A stretch of DNA of 32,000 bases from Buchnera aphidicola (Therioaphis trifolii) (GTDB lineage: Bacteria > Pseudomonadota > Gammaproteobacteria > Enterobacterales > Enterobacteriaceae). The notes beneath the pieces were generated by a model. That model did no database searches. It was not told the origin of the DNA and saw nothing but the letters and a program-made list of their open reading frames with translations. Within the stretch, counting starts at the first letter, position 1; each line of letters opens with the position of its first letter. A program made the translations under genes and the position numbers. Location of the stretch: NCBI RefSeq assembly GCF_005080705.1, contig NZ_CP032996.1, forward strand, positions 210,001-242,000, read 5' to 3'. Positions 31,581-32,000 of this stretch are shown piece by piece.

Positions 31581-31692
31581 TTAAATTAATTAAAATATTA
31601 TTTAAATTTTATTAAAATAATAATAAATTATTAATATATAATATAAATATTAAAATTTAAAATTATATTAGAATTTTATATATTAAAAATAA

Positions 31693-32000
31693 TTATACTC
31701 TTAAAATTCTATGAATATTTGTTTTTCCAGATTGACCCATAATATCTCCTTGTGTAATAATAATAATATCACCTATTTTTAATAAATTTTTCTTTAATAA
31801 TAATAAAATTGCATCATGTGCTACTTTTAACCCTTTATTTTGACTATTAAAATAAACAGGAATAACTCCGCGATATAAAGAAACTAAATTTAATACATTT
31901 TGATGTTTTGATAATGCAAAAATAGGTAATCCAGAACTAATTCTTGATGTTAATAAGGCACTTAATCCAGATTCTGTTAATGTAATAATTGCACGTACAC
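31693..32000 (-). CDS. pykA: Pyruvate kinase II, C-terminal 101 codons plus stop. The gene continues beyond position 32000.
   Basis: Absent from the ORF track because it has no start in the window. Hand translation of the minus strand gives [101 protein letters not shown]. This is colinear with the E. coli PykA C-terminus (...[44 protein letters not shown]...[27 protein letters not shown]). Confidence 0.9.
   Translation of the reverse strand, partial: [101 protein letters not shown]

Overview
This window is a gene-dense, extremely A/T-rich stretch of a reduced gammaproteobacterial insect-endosymbiont chromosome. Hand counts on a few lines give about 15-23% G+C in genes. My tally puts coding density at about 93%, and most spacers are almost pure A/T. 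The gene order is trpC-trpD / sohB-rlmN-hisS-glyA / bioD-bioB / bioA / pgl-mfd / gapA / fldA / ybgI-sucA-sucB-gpmA-pfkA / tpiA-rpsA-cmk-aroA-serC-serS / trxB-infA-aspS / pykA. From memory this is the characteristic Buchnera aphidicola arrangement; that assignment is an inference and was not searched. I support 27 protein genes. Two of them run off the window ends and are missing from the ORF track: trpC at the 5' edge and pykA at the 3' edge. All 27 are housekeeping, amino-acid, cofactor or glycolysis genes, and all look intact. I find no rRNA, tRNA, CRISPR, IS or phage gene, toxin or defence gene, or obvious pseudogene. I do not see a convincing new biological system here; this is core endosymbiont genome. 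The points worth a second look are: (1) an Mfd that has lost its whole UvrA-recruiting N-terminal half; (2) a 27-bp perfect inverted repeat in the sohB-rlmN spacer; (3) a few G/C-containing stem-loops that stand out from pure-A/T spacers, some at junctions where genes present in E. coli are missing; (4) in-frame homopolymer runs of 12-16 nt inside essential genes; (5) pathway fragments (bioA/B/D only, sucAB only) and several deletion junctions; and (6) exclusive TAA stop usage plus three start-codon details. Three ORF-track entries are rejected as overlap or antisense artefacts.
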